DNA of 64,000 nucleotides, taken from Micropepsaceae bacterium. GTDB taxonomy: Bacteria > Pseudomonadota > Alphaproteobacteria > Micropepsales > Micropepsaceae. Made by a program: the position numbers and the translations under genes. Of this stretch, positions 17,091 through 26,783 are shown piece by piece (within the stretch, counting starts at the first letter, position 1; each line of letters begins with the position of its first letter). The stretch lies in the NCBI GenBank assembly GCA_046153995.1, contig JBJXEH010000065.1, positions 1,891 to 65,890 of the forward strand, in the 5' to 3' direction. The notes under the pieces were generated by a model. It was not told the DNA's origin. It was given only the letters and a program-made list of their open reading frames with translations, and did no database searches.

Positions 17091-18269
17091 TTGGAGTTCA
17101 TGGGTCTGATACCGAATTCACTGATCGAACGGCGGTGGCGCGACGCGATCGGCCGCATCGAGATAGGCGAGCTGACATTCGTCGCGCCGAACGGCGAGGT
17201 GGTTGTTGCCAAGGGTACTAAGCCGGGGCCGAACGCCCAGTTTCGCGTCAGGTCGTGGGACGTAATCGCGCGCGCGGTGGCGCGCGGCGATATCGGGCTT
17301 GGCGAAGACTACATCGCGGGAGCTTGGGAGAGCGACGATGTGGAGGCGTTGTTCACGCTCTTTCTGCTGAATCTCGAACAGCTGGAAGGATACGCGCACG
17401 GCGGCGTATTGAACCGGTTAGGCTTCGTACTTTTGAATACGATTGCGCGGCGCAACAGCCAGGGCGGAAGCCGGCGCAATATCGAAGCTCACTACGATGT
17501 CGGCAACGATTTCTATTCGCTGTGGCTCGACGAGACGATGACCTATTCGTCCGCGATTTACGGAGGCCAAATGGTTGGCCTCGGCGATGCACAACGCGCC
17601 AAGTACGCACGAATTTTGGACAAGGTCGCAGACCCGCGGGCGCGGGTCCTTGAGGTTGGGTGCGGGTGGGGCGGCTTTGCTGAGGCCGCTGCCAAACGTT
17701 CGCATGAAGTGACGGGGATCACGATCTCGCCGTCTCAACACGCCTTTGCAGCGAACCGTCTGGGCGCTAAGGCCGACATCCGGCTTGAGGACTATCGCAA
17801 CACGAAGGGCGCGTTCGACGCCATCGTGTCGATTGAGATGTTTGAAGCTGTCGGTGAACGGTATTGGCCGCAATACTTTCAGATGCTGAGCGAACGATTG
17901 AAGCGCGGGGGCCGGGCGGTCGTGCAGACGATTTCGGTCCAGGACGATATCTTCGCGGGATACCGGACGCGAAGCGACTTCATCCGCCACTATGTATTCC
18001 CGGGCGGCATGCTGCCGTCGATTGCGCGCTTCCGCGAGGAAGCAGGGCGCGCCGGGTTGAAAGTGCTCGACGTGTTTTCGTTCGGGCAGGACTACGCGCA
18101 AACTCTGCGCACATGGTCGAAGCGGCAGGCGGAGGCGCGGGAGAGAATTCGCGCGCTGGGCCACGACGACCCTTTCCTTCGCAATTGGCATTTCTATCTC
18201 GGCATCTGCGCCGCGGCGTTTGCCGTCGGCCGGACCGACGTTCATCAAGTGGAGCTTGTGCATGCGTAG
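17091..18269 (+). CDS. Cyclopropane-fatty-acyl-phospholipid synthase family SAM-dependent methyltransferase
   Basis: SAM motif VLEVGCGWGGFA. HYDVGNDFYSLWLD and FPGGMLPS motifs typical of the CFA-synthase family. Start uncertain (TTG 17091 or ATG 17100). Confidence 0.8.
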   Translation: MEFMGLIPNSLIERRWRDAIGRIEIGELTFVAPNGEVVVAKGTKPGPNAQFRVRSWDVIARAVARGDIGLGEDYIAGAWESDDVEALFTLFLLNLEQLEGYAHGGVLNRLGFVLLNTIARRNSQGGSRRNIEAHYDVGNDFYSLWLDETMTYSSAIYGGQMVGLGDAQRAKYARILDKVADPRARVLEVGCGWGGFAEAAAKRSHEVTGITISPSQHAFAANRLGAKADIRLEDYRNTKGAFDAIVSIEMFEAVGERYWPQYFQMLSERLKRGGRAVVQTISVQDDIFAGYRTRSDFIRHYVFPGGMLPSIARFREEAGRAGLKVLDVFSFGQDYAQTLRTWSKRQAEARERIRALGHDDPFLRNWHFYLGICAAAFAVGRTDVHQVELVHA

Positions 18270-18789
18270 AGTGTTGATCGCTTGCGTCGCCGTGTTGGGG
18301 TTGGCTGGTGCCGCCTTGGCGATGACCCGGCCGCTCGAACTTGGCAGCACAATCAACGCGACGAAGCCGTATGGCAGCGGCTCGCTGACGTGGCTGGTGT
18401 TCACAGCCTACGATGCGACGCTCTGGACGGACGCGCCGCAATGGTCGATGAGCGCGCCGTTTGCGCTGACGCTGCGCTATCGCATGGGCTTCACAACCGG
18501 TGAGTTGGTCGAACGCACGGTCGAAGAAATGGCGAAAGTTTCGCCCGCAACGCCGAAGGATGCCCTCGCGCGCAATAGCGCGGCGCTGAGCCAAGCGTTT
18601 CCGGCCGTGAAAGATGGCGACCGGATTACCGCAATGTATGTGCCGGGGCAGGGGACGCGTTTCTTCCACAACGGTGCGCCGACTGCAAACATTGCGGATT
18701 CTGGTTTCGCCGACCCGTTCTTCGGCATTTGGCTGTCGCCGAAGACGTCGGAACCAAAGCTTCGAGCAGGGCTTCTGCGGCTTCGTTAG
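18262..18789 (+). CDS. Chalcone-isomerase-like periplasmic protein
   Basis: Signal MRRVLIACVAVLGLAGAALA. Family call rests on resemblance and on the commonly seen pairing with CFA-synthase and FAD-oxidoreductase genes. ATG overlaps the end of the upstream gene. Confidence 0.5.
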   Translation: MRRVLIACVAVLGLAGAALAMTRPLELGSTINATKPYGSGSLTWLVFTAYDATLWTDAPQWSMSAPFALTLRYRMGFTTGELVERTVEEMAKVSPATPKDALARNSAALSQAFPAVKDGDRITAMYVPGQGTRFFHNGAPTANIADSGFADPFFGIWLSPKTSEPKLRAGLLRLR

Positions 18790-20090
18790 CCGCCGGCGGC
18801 CGCCGCCAGTTGCGATACATCGATTGGCGCGGGGGCTAACCAGGGTGCTCTCGCGCCAAGTTTTTCAGCGACGTTCATCGCACTGAGCAAACCATCTTCG
18901 TGGAAACCGTGGCGCATGTAGGCGCCGCAGAACCACGTGTTTCGTTCACCTTGCATCGATGTCAGGGTCCGCTGCGCCGCGATAGCGGCGGGCTCGAAGA
19001 CCGGATGATGGAACGTGGTCCGGTCGAAGATGTCAGCGTCAGCCACGGGGGTTGCCGGGTTGAGCGTCACAAATAGCGGATAACGCTCGTCGATCGATTG
19101 CAGCTTGTTCATCCAATAGGTGAGCGTGACTTGCGCTTCCCGGCCCTCGTTGCCGGCGTGATAGTTCCAGGCGGACCAACACCGGTGGCGCTTTGGCATG
19201 AAGCGCGGGTCTTTGTGCAAGATCGCTTGGTTTTCCTGGTAGCGGATGGAGCCAAGCGCTTGCGCTTCAGCGTCGTTCGGATCGGCGAGCAGGGACAGCG
19301 CTTGATCTGAATGGCACGCAAAAACGACGTGGTCGAATGTTGTGTCGTTGCCGGCGGTATCGCGGACGCGCACACCGGTGGCGGTGCGCTCGACGCGAGC
19401 CGCGCCTACGCCGTTCAGCGGGCGCTTCTTTAGCGTTGCGGTCAGTTTCTGAACGTATTGCTGCGAGCCGCCGTCCACCGTCAGCCATTGGGGCTGGCCG
19501 TCCATTGCGAGCAGACCGTGGTTGGCGAAGAAGTTGACGAACACCTGAGCTGGAAACTGCAACATCTGCTGTGGCGGACAGCTCCAGATCGCGCCGGAGA
19601 TCGGCAGCAGGTAGTAACGCTTGAAATTCTCGCTAAGACCCATTGCGTCGATCAGTTGGCCAAGCGTGATCTTCGGGTCGTTCGCGACGCGCTCCGATAC
19701 CTCGCTATTGAAGCGCATGACCTCGCGAAGCACCTGGATGAACCAGGGGCGCAGGAGGTTGCGGCGTTGACCGAAGATCGTGTTGAAGTCCTTGGCACCC
19801 CATTCGAACCAGCCGTCGCGCATGGTGAAGGCGTAAGTCATGAAACTATTCTTGACCGCCACGTTCAGCCTTGCGAACAGGGCAGTCAGATTTGGGTAGT
19901 TGCGCTCGTTGAAGACGATGAAGCCGGTGTCGACGGGAATGATCCGGTCGCCGTGTTTGACCGTAATCGTCCGGCTGTGACCGCCGAGCCGCGGTTCCTT
20001 TTCGTAGAGGGTGACGTTGTGCTTGTCCTGAAGCAGATAGGCGGCGGAAAGCCCCGCAATGCCGCTGCCGATAATCGCGATGTTGGCCAT
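18786..20090 (-). CDS. NAD(P)/FAD-dependent oxidoreductase (amine-oxidase-like)
   Basis: N-terminal dinucleotide fold MANIAIIGSGIAGLSAAYLL...LYEKEPRLGGH. 434 aa. Confidence 0.8.
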   Translation of the reverse strand: MANIAIIGSGIAGLSAAYLLQDKHNVTLYEKEPRLGGHSRTITVKHGDRIIPVDTGFIVFNERNYPNLTALFARLNVAVKNSFMTYAFTMRDGWFEWGAKDFNTIFGQRRNLLRPWFIQVLREVMRFNSEVSERVANDPKITLGQLIDAMGLSENFKRYYLLPISGAIWSCPPQQMLQFPAQVFVNFFANHGLLAMDGQPQWLTVDGGSQQYVQKLTATLKKRPLNGVGAARVERTATGVRVRDTAGNDTTFDHVVFACHSDQALSLLADPNDAEAQALGSIRYQENQAILHKDPRFMPKRHRCWSAWNYHAGNEGREAQVTLTYWMNKLQSIDERYPLFVTLNPATPVADADIFDRTTFHHPVFEPAAIAAQRTLTSMQGERNTWFCGAYMRHGFHEDGLLSAMNVAEKLGARAPWLAPAPIDVSQLAAAAGG

Positions 20091-20131
20091 AGCTGGTTTA
20101 CGGCACCGGTCCCTTTGCGGATCATAAAGAC

Positions 20132-21469
20132 ATGACGCAGCGCTTACGCAATGGGGTTTTGGCGGCCTATGGCGCGCCGGCGGTTGCGTTCGCGATTCTA
20201 CTGCTCCCGCCTTACGTGTTTCTGCCGGGATTCTATACGCAAACGCTTGGGCTTCCGCTCGATTGGATCGGCTACATCATCATCCTGTCACGCGTGTTCG
20301 ATGCGTTCACCGACCCGGTGATTGGGTATCTGAGCGACCGCACACCTGGCCGGTACGGACGGCGCAAGCCGTGGATTCTTGCCGGGACGCCGCTGGCGAT
20401 ACTGGCTGTCGTTGTGCTGTTCGCGCCGGGCGATCAGGCGTCCCTCGAGCAGTTTGCGTTCGGCATCTTCACGCTGACGCTGGCCTGGACGATGCTGCTG
20501 CTGCCCTACAGCGCCTGGGGCGCCGAGCTATCCGGCGACTACGACGAACGCACGCGGATCACCAGCGTGCGCGAGGGTGTGGGCCTCGTCGGCACGCTGC
20601 TCGCGGCGGCAACGCCGTCGGTGCTTACTGCCGCAGGCTTCAACGATCCGCGTGTGCACATGGCGGCGTTAGCGGTGCTTCTGACAGTGTTGATGCTGCC
20701 GACCGTTGCGTGGCTGTTGATCAAGGTTCCGGAACCGCCGCCGCTCACCGATGTGCGCGTACCCCTTCGCGACGGGCTGAAAGCGATTGCAGGCAATGCG
20801 CCGTTCCGCAGACTGATCGCGGCCTACTTGATCAACGCGTTCGCGAACGGCCTGCCGGCGACGCTGTTTTTGCTGTTCGTGAGCCATGTGATCGGCGCGC
20901 CGGACGCCTATGGGCCGCTGCTGCTCGCGTATTTTCTGGCAGGGTTGGCGGGTGTTCCGATCTGGTCGTTCGTCGCACGACGGCTGGGTAAGCATCGCAC
21001 CTGGGTGATCGCGATGATCGTCGCGTGCGGCGCGTTCATGTTTACGCCGTTCGTAGTGGGCGAAGGCGATGTCGTACCGTTCCTTATCATCTCCATCATT
21101 TCCGGCATCGGATTTGGAGCGGACTTGGTGTTGCCGAGTGCTATTCAGGCCGACGTCGTGGACGTCGACACGCGGGCGTCTGGCGAGCAGCGCACGGGGC
21201 TTTTCTTCGCTTTGTGGGGGATCGCGACGAAGCTGTCGTTTGCCCTCGCGGCCGCGGCGTTGCCGGTGTTGCACGCTGTGGGCTTTGACGCGACGGCACT
21301 CGACGCGGCGGGAAAATCAACGAATGCGCCAGAAGCACTGCTCACGTTGACATTGCTTTACGCAGCCGTACCGGTGGCGCTGAAAGTTGTCGCGATGGCG
21401 TTGATGTGGAACTTCCCGCTCGACGCGGAACGCCAGAAGTCGATCCGCGCCGAAATAGAGAAAGCGTGA
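20132..21469 (+). CDS. MFS transporter, glycoside-pentoside-hexuronide (GPH)-like
   Basis: About 12 TM segments. Motif DPVIGYLSDRTPGRYGRRKPWIL is typical of GPH/MFS_2 transporters. Confidence 0.75.
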   Translation: MTQRLRNGVLAAYGAPAVAFAILLLPPYVFLPGFYTQTLGLPLDWIGYIIILSRVFDAFTDPVIGYLSDRTPGRYGRRKPWILAGTPLAILAVVVLFAPGDQASLEQFAFGIFTLTLAWTMLLLPYSAWGAELSGDYDERTRITSVREGVGLVGTLLAAATPSVLTAAGFNDPRVHMAALAVLLTVLMLPTVAWLLIKVPEPPPLTDVRVPLRDGLKAIAGNAPFRRLIAAYLINAFANGLPATLFLLFVSHVIGAPDAYGPLLLAYFLAGLAGVPIWSFVARRLGKHRTWVIAMIVACGAFMFTPFVVGEGDVVPFLIISIISGIGFGADLVLPSAIQADVVDVDTRASGEQRTGLFFALWGIATKLSFALAAAALPVLHAVGFDATALDAAGKSTNAPEALLTLTLLYAAVPVALKVVAMALMWNFPLDAERQKSIRAEIEKA

Positions 21470-21470
21470 G

Positions 21471-23591
21471 CTATTTCGCCACTTCCATCTCGTCGAGCAG
21501 GCGCTTGGCGCCGTCGACTTTGTCCATCACCCAGCGCATGTAGAGCGCGTCCACGTGGATCGTGCGGTTGATCGCGGGATCGAACCACCAGTCGGAGATC
21601 ACGCCATCGAGCGTGCCGTCGAACGCCAAACCCACGAGCTCCCCGTTGGCGTTTAGCGTCGCCGAACCCGAGTTGCCGCCGGTAATGTCTACGGTCGATA
21701 GAAAGTTCACGGGCACGGTGCCGAGCGCCGCGTTCTTGTAGCTGCCGAAGTCTTTCGCACGAATGGCGGCAAGCTGCTTCTGCGTCGCGTCGAACGGATC
21801 TCGTCCGGTTGCCTTCTCGACGATGCCTTGCGGGGTCGTGAAGGCGCTCCAACGGACACCGTCACGTGTGCGGCCTTTAACGTTGCCGTAGGTGAGACGC
21901 AGCGTCCCGTTAGCGTCGGGGTAGAGCGCCTTGCCGTTCGCCTTCGCGTACTCGCGGTAAGCTGCGATGTATGCGCTACGCGCGGCGTGGAGGCGGCCGT
22001 CGCGGTCCTTCGTTCTGTTCTCTTTGGCGATGTCTTCCGCGTACATGGCAACAGCCAGCTTCAGGAACGGATCGCTGGAGGCTTCGATCTCCTTCGCAGG
22101 CTTATCGAGCCAGCCGACGCGCGTCGGCGTGTCGGCGAGCTTCGTGTCCGCATAGAGACGGTCCAGGCCGATACGCTCAAGCCCGGTGTCGAGGGCGGCG
22201 TTGCGCTCCGCGACCGGCAGTAGCCGGTATTGGACGAGAGCTGCCTCAAACAAGCGACGATCGACGCGCGGATCGAAGCGCCTTTCGATCTGCGTCAGGC
22301 GCTCGGTAACGAGGCGCCGGTCGCGATCTTGAAAGTTGGGCTCGCGGTCGGCATCCGCCTTCTCGCGTTCCTTGGCCCAACGGTAGAGCGTGCGCGCTGC
22401 GCCAAGCAGCTGCGCGCGATTGACGAGGCCGTAACGGACCGCGTTCATCCGCGCCGTCGCCGCTTCGGCGGCGACCGCGTCGAGTGCCGCGACCGTCTGG
22501 TTCATGCCGGGCTTCGACGCCGCCCAACTGCGAAAGGCGCTTTCAACCGCGGTCTTCTTGTCGACCAGCGAAATCGCCTCCGCGCCGGAAAGTTGGCCTA
22601 GCAGCTTCTTCTTCGTGTTATCGGCGCCGCGGACAGCGTTCGCGTACTTGATTGTTGTAGCGTCATCACCTGCGGTCGCGGACATGATCTGCTCGGAGTA
22701 CTCGGAGAGCAGCCGCTGCTGGAGCGGGTAGAATTCTTGGTAGTAGTGCTTTGTCTCGGCAGCGGTTCGTAGGCGTTCGGTGAGGCCCGGAAATCCGGCC
22801 AACATCACGAAGTCGCCTTCAGCGATGCCCTTCTTGGCGAGCTTCAGGAAGGACTTGGGCTTGTAGGGCACGTTCTCTTTCGCGAACGGTTTTGCCGAAC
22901 CATCCGGCGCGACATAGGCGCGATAAAAGCCGAAGTCGCCGGTGTGGCGCGGCCACTGCCAGTTGTCGACCTCGCCGCCATAGTTGCCGATGCCGCCGGC
23001 CGGTGCGTAGACGAGACGCACGTCTTGGATTTCGAGCATCTGCTGCATGTAGTAGGTCGAACCGCCGTAGTACGACCGCACGTCGCAGCGGCGGCTCGGC
23101 TGCTTTTCGCATTCGGCGATCAACGCCTTTTGGTTCTTCTCAAGAGCGTCGAAGCGTGCCTTGCCAGCCGTCTCTGCGGTGATACCTGCCATCATCTGGG
23201 CGGTAACGTCGCGCAGGTCCTCAATAACGAAGATGCGCGATCCGGGAGCAGCGGGAAGTTCGTCGCCGAGCGACGCGGCATAGAAGCCGTTCGTGAGCAG
23301 ATCGCGTTCTGGCTTCGAGTTGTATTGGATGGAGCCGTAGACGCAGTGGTGGTTCGAAACGACCAGACCTTGCGCACTCACAAAGCTCGCTGAGCAACCG
23401 CCAAGCGTGACGATGGCGTTCATCGGCGCGGCTTGCAGGTTGGCGAGTGCGGCTGGGTCGAGTTTTGCGCCAGCGGCCCTCATTTGGGCTGCGATTTCGC
23501 CGGCTTGGCTCGGCAGCCACATCCCTTCATCGGCGCGAGCGGCGGCGGCAACCGCAGATGCGGCGACGGCAATGGCGATCAGACTGCGCAC
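21471..23591 (-). CDS. S46-family serine peptidase (dipeptidyl-peptidase 7/11-like), secreted
   Basis: Mature N-terminus DEGMWLP after signal VRSLIAIAVAASAVAAAARA. His context GLVVSNHHC. Ser context DITGGNSGSATLNANGELVGLAFDG. GTG 23591 preceded by GGGGGAG. The 134-aa Arg-rich extension of ORF 21471..23993 is rejected. Confidence 0.85.
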   Translation of the reverse strand: MRSLIAIAVAASAVAAAARADEGMWLPSQAGEIAAQMRAAGAKLDPAALANLQAAPMNAIVTLGGCSASFVSAQGLVVSNHHCVYGSIQYNSKPERDLLTNGFYAASLGDELPAAPGSRIFVIEDLRDVTAQMMAGITAETAGKARFDALEKNQKALIAECEKQPSRRCDVRSYYGGSTYYMQQMLEIQDVRLVYAPAGGIGNYGGEVDNWQWPRHTGDFGFYRAYVAPDGSAKPFAKENVPYKPKSFLKLAKKGIAEGDFVMLAGFPGLTERLRTAAETKHYYQEFYPLQQRLLSEYSEQIMSATAGDDATTIKYANAVRGADNTKKKLLGQLSGAEAISLVDKKTAVESAFRSWAASKPGMNQTVAALDAVAAEAATARMNAVRYGLVNRAQLLGAARTLYRWAKEREKADADREPNFQDRDRRLVTERLTQIERRFDPRVDRRLFEAALVQYRLLPVAERNAALDTGLERIGLDRLYADTKLADTPTRVGWLDKPAKEIEASSDPFLKLAVAMYAEDIAKENRTKDRDGRLHAARSAYIAAYREYAKANGKALYPDANGTLRLTYGNVKGRTRDGVRWSAFTTPQGIVEKATGRDPFDATQKQLAAIRAKDFGSYKNAALGTVPVNFLSTVDITGGNSGSATLNANGELVGLAFDGTLDGVISDWWFDPAINRTIHVDALYMRWVMDKVDGAKRLLDEMEVAK

Positions 23592-23653
23592 GAGAACTCC
23601 CCCGGATTGAACTGGGCCGTTGCTAGCGAACGGCCCCGGCTCGCGCAAGGGAA

Positions 23654-26632
23654 TCAGCCGAACTTCGCGGTGATGTGACGGAAATAGGCGTCTGCATCGA
23701 GGCCTTTTCCCGTGACGCGTGTGACGAGGTCCTCGGTCGGCACGCGATCGCCCGCGCTGTAGACATTGTCGCGCAGCCAAGTGCGAAGCGGGGTGAAGTC
23801 GCCAATCGCGATTTGCTCGTCGAGCTTGGCGGTCTTTGCGTAGGTCTCGGTCAGCTGCGCCGCGTAGAGGCTGCCCAGCGTGTAGGTCGGGAAGTAGCCG
23901 AACATGCCGGAGGCCCAGTGACCGTCCTGTAGGACGCCGGTGAGGTCGTCGGTGGGCTTGACGCCGATAAGCGTGGCACTGCGTTCGTTCCACGCGTGCG
24001 CCAAGTCCGCGACCTTCAGGTCGCCCGCGATCATCGCAACCTCGAGCTCGTACCGCAGTACCACGTGCAGATGATACGAAATCTCGTCGGCCGAAGCGCG
24101 GATCAGGCTTGGCCGCACGCGGTTTGTAGCTTGGAAAAGCTTTTCCGCATCCAAGTCCTTAGCGGCCGCACCAAGAGTTTCGCGAATGCGCGGGAACAGG
24201 AAGTTCCAGAACGCGCGGCTGCGGCCAACGTGGTTCTCCCAAAGGCGCGCTTGCGCCTCGTGCATGCCCATTGAGGGCGCTTGCGCCAGCAGTGTCGCGC
24301 GGTCCTGCGGTGCCAGGCCTTGGTCGTAGAGGCCATGGCCACCTTCGTGCAGCGTGGTCAGGATTGCTTCGAGAAGGTCGTCGTTGTTCGGCCGAAGTGC
24401 TAGGCGAACGTCGTCGAACCCAAGTGCGGTCGTCCCGGGGTGTGTGGCGCGGTCGAGATGGCCGCGGGTGAAGTCGAAGCCAATGACTTCGAGCACCTCG
24501 TTGCAGACTTCCCAGAGCTTCGCGTCGGGAATGTCTCGTGTTACGCCGTTCGGCCATGACGCTGTTTTCTTCCCCGCAGCCTGAACCATCGGCACGAGGC
24601 GCGCGCGGAGGTCGTTCAGCACGGGCTCCAAGCGCTTGCGCGTCATGCCGGGTTCGTATTCGTCGAGCAGGATATCGTAGGGGTCTGCGTCTGGGTCGAT
24701 TGCCTTCGAGGTTTCGCCGGCAACGGCGACGAGTTCGGCGAGCGCGGGGGCGAGCAGCTTGAAATCATTCGCCTCGCGGGCGTCTTCCCATGCTGCGGTG
24801 GCGCGGGCGCGCGCGGCGGCGTAGGCGCGTACCAGATCGGCCGGGATCGCAAGGTCGCTGGAACGGAGGTCGCGTAGGAGTTCTATCTCCCGGCGCCAGC
24901 GTTCGTCGCCTTCGCGAGCCACCGCCACCTCTTCGATCAGGTCGCCGAGGTGATCTGAGGTCAGCAGACCGTGGCGCGCGGCCTCGAGTGTTGCGAGTTG
25001 CTCGCCGCGTTCGTCGCGCCCGCCGTCAGGCAGGATCGTTTCTTCGTCCCATTCGAGAAGCGCGATCGCGTTGTCGAAGTGTTGTAGTTCGCCGATCTTG
25101 GCGCGGAGCGCTTCTTCGGCGCCGTCGCTGCGGCCGCCTTGCGAGCGTTTTGGCACGCGCAGTTCGCGTGGCGGATGCGCGACGAGAACGGCTGCCATGC
25201 CACCATGCTGGGCGACATTGACGACCTGTTTCTGGCTAACGCGGCACATGATTCCGAGGCCATTTTCGGTCGGGGCGAAGCCCATGACAGCGTAGAACGG
25301 CTCGGCGAACACCCGGCCGTCTTTGCCCACAATCGGGAATTCGTGCACGGGCAGGCGCGTCGCCTTTTGCACCACCCAGTTCTCTTCGGTGTCGGCCGTG
25401 TTTGCGACGGCTTCGTCGATGAGTTTTTCCCAATCGGCCGCCGGCGTGGAGGCACCGATGGTGACGCCCTCGCCACCGTAGGATCGGTTTGGCTTCATCA
25501 CGAGTTCCTCGCGGTGCAGGCGCATATACTCGAGCAGGTCGCCCTCGACGTTGTGGGGAAGCGTCGTTTTGCGGTCGCCCACGATACGCGTCCAAAGCAC
25601 ATGACGGCGGAATAGGCGGCATTCTTCAGCGCTAAAGTATTTTTCGGCGATAGCGGGGTCGGTCAGGACTTCCCAACAGCTTTTATGGTCGAAGTCGCCG
25701 ACTAGCGAGGAGACGATGCGGTTCTGTTTGAAGAGGTGGCGCATCGCCTCCAGCGGGTGCCCAAGTTCTTCTTCGAGCTCGATGAGGTCGCGGACTTCGT
25801 AGTCGCGGTAGGCGACATCGACGCACTCGTCGCCGTAATAGACGTCGCCGTCCTTCATACGCAGTTCGCTGGGGTCGGCGTGTGTGATCGTGAGGTTGTG
25901 GCGCTTCGCCAGATATCCGCTAAGGACCGATTGTTCGTTGATGCCATCTTCGGCGTATTTCGGTTCGACGAAGCTCAGCCGGCATTTGGTCCGGCCGAGC
26001 GCACGAGCGTGGTCGATCAGGACTTGGATGAACAAGTCGCGTTGGTCGCGCGGCATCTCGATCCTGAGCGCAGGGTCGTGATCGAGAAGCGTCGGCACGA
26101 TATCGCGCATGACCAGTTGCTCGGCGAGCGGGGCGTAGTTGATGCCGCCGACGCCGGAGAGGTTTGCTTCCATGAAGTGCAGCGTGTCTTGCCAACCCGC
26201 CGCCGTGAAATCGCACACGGCGTCCAGGCGGCCGTAGACTGTGTTGTTGCGCTCGTGTGCGGGTGTCCATGTATCGCGCAACCAACTCTCCTCGCCCGGC
26301 GTGATCGCGATGACGTGCTTCACCTGCGGATCGTTTAGGTACAACGACGGCAGGCGTTTTAATGCGTCGGTGAGGCGTTGGCAGACGTGTTGGACGTATG
26401 CCAGTTGCTCATTCATGGCGAGCAGCGGGCGCAGCATTACGGGGATAGGCTCGAACTTTCCGTCGCGTTCGTAGGTGAACTCGTTCTTTTCCGAGTCGGC
26501 GCGGATGCGCTGGCCAATTTGGGCGAATGTCAGGTCGTTGATGTGGCCCGCAGCCTTGCGCACCCGGCTATCCAAGGAGGCGCCCGCGAGGCCCAGCGTT
26601 TCGTTCGGACTGAGGATGTGTGGCGTCGTCAT
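23654..26632 (-). CDS. Fusion protein: N-terminal ATP-grasp-like domain (aa 1-485) plus C-terminal M32 carboxypeptidase (Taq-type, aa 505-992)
   Basis: M32 motifs: HPG (731), HEGGH (762-766), MHEAQARLWEN (790-800), IRASADEISYHLH (844-856), LQDGHWASGMFGYFPTYTLG (901-920). N-terminal half: LVMKPNRSYGGEGVTIG (377-393), WVVQKATRLPVHEFP (419-433), GIMCRVSQKQVVNVAQHGGMAAVLV (460-484), which resemble ATP-grasp ligase strands. No signal peptide. Confidence 0.8.
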   Translation of the reverse strand: MTTPHILSPNETLGLAGASLDSRVRKAAGHINDLTFAQIGQRIRADSEKNEFTYERDGKFEPIPVMLRPLLAMNEQLAYVQHVCQRLTDALKRLPSLYLNDPQVKHVIAITPGEESWLRDTWTPAHERNNTVYGRLDAVCDFTAAGWQDTLHFMEANLSGVGGINYAPLAEQLVMRDIVPTLLDHDPALRIEMPRDQRDLFIQVLIDHARALGRTKCRLSFVEPKYAEDGINEQSVLSGYLAKRHNLTITHADPSELRMKDGDVYYGDECVDVAYRDYEVRDLIELEEELGHPLEAMRHLFKQNRIVSSLVGDFDHKSCWEVLTDPAIAEKYFSAEECRLFRRHVLWTRIVGDRKTTLPHNVEGDLLEYMRLHREELVMKPNRSYGGEGVTIGASTPAADWEKLIDEAVANTADTEENWVVQKATRLPVHEFPIVGKDGRVFAEPFYAVMGFAPTENGLGIMCRVSQKQVVNVAQHGGMAAVLVAHPPRELRVPKRSQGGRSDGAEEALRAKIGELQHFDNAIALLEWDEETILPDGGRDERGEQLATLEAARHGLLTSDHLGDLIEEVAVAREGDERWRREIELLRDLRSSDLAIPADLVRAYAAARARATAAWEDAREANDFKLLAPALAELVAVAGETSKAIDPDADPYDILLDEYEPGMTRKRLEPVLNDLRARLVPMVQAAGKKTASWPNGVTRDIPDAKLWEVCNEVLEVIGFDFTRGHLDRATHPGTTALGFDDVRLALRPNNDDLLEAILTTLHEGGHGLYDQGLAPQDRATLLAQAPSMGMHEAQARLWENHVGRSRAFWNFLFPRIRETLGAAAKDLDAEKLFQATNRVRPSLIRASADEISYHLHVVLRYELEVAMIAGDLKVADLAHAWNERSATLIGVKPTDDLTGVLQDGHWASGMFGYFPTYTLGSLYAAQLTETYAKTAKLDEQIAIGDFTPLRTWLRDNVYSAGDRVPTEDLVTRVTGKGLDADAYFRHITAKFG

Positions 26633-26783
26633 ACTGTTCCCGTGATTCCCCTCAAACGGTAGGCCCCAAGGGTTAGCACGGATCGGCTTTGGGGTACGAT
26701 TCGCTGCTGCCCTGCGCCAAATCGGCCCGTCCGCCTTTCGCCCGGGGCCTGATAGGTTCCCGCTATCTAGTCGGGAGAGCGTC

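Noticed and set aside
17418-18404. 328-aa - strand ORF opposite the CFA-synthase-family gene
   Set aside because: Shadow frame. The + strand carries the SAM-binding motif VLEVGCGWGG and family motifs.
23592-23993. 134-codon upstream extension of the S46 peptidase ORF
   Set aside because: The extension is Arg/His-rich and overlaps the 3' end of the fusion gene. GTG 23591 with a GGGGGAG RBS yields a proper signal peptide directly before the DEGMWLP mature N-terminus.
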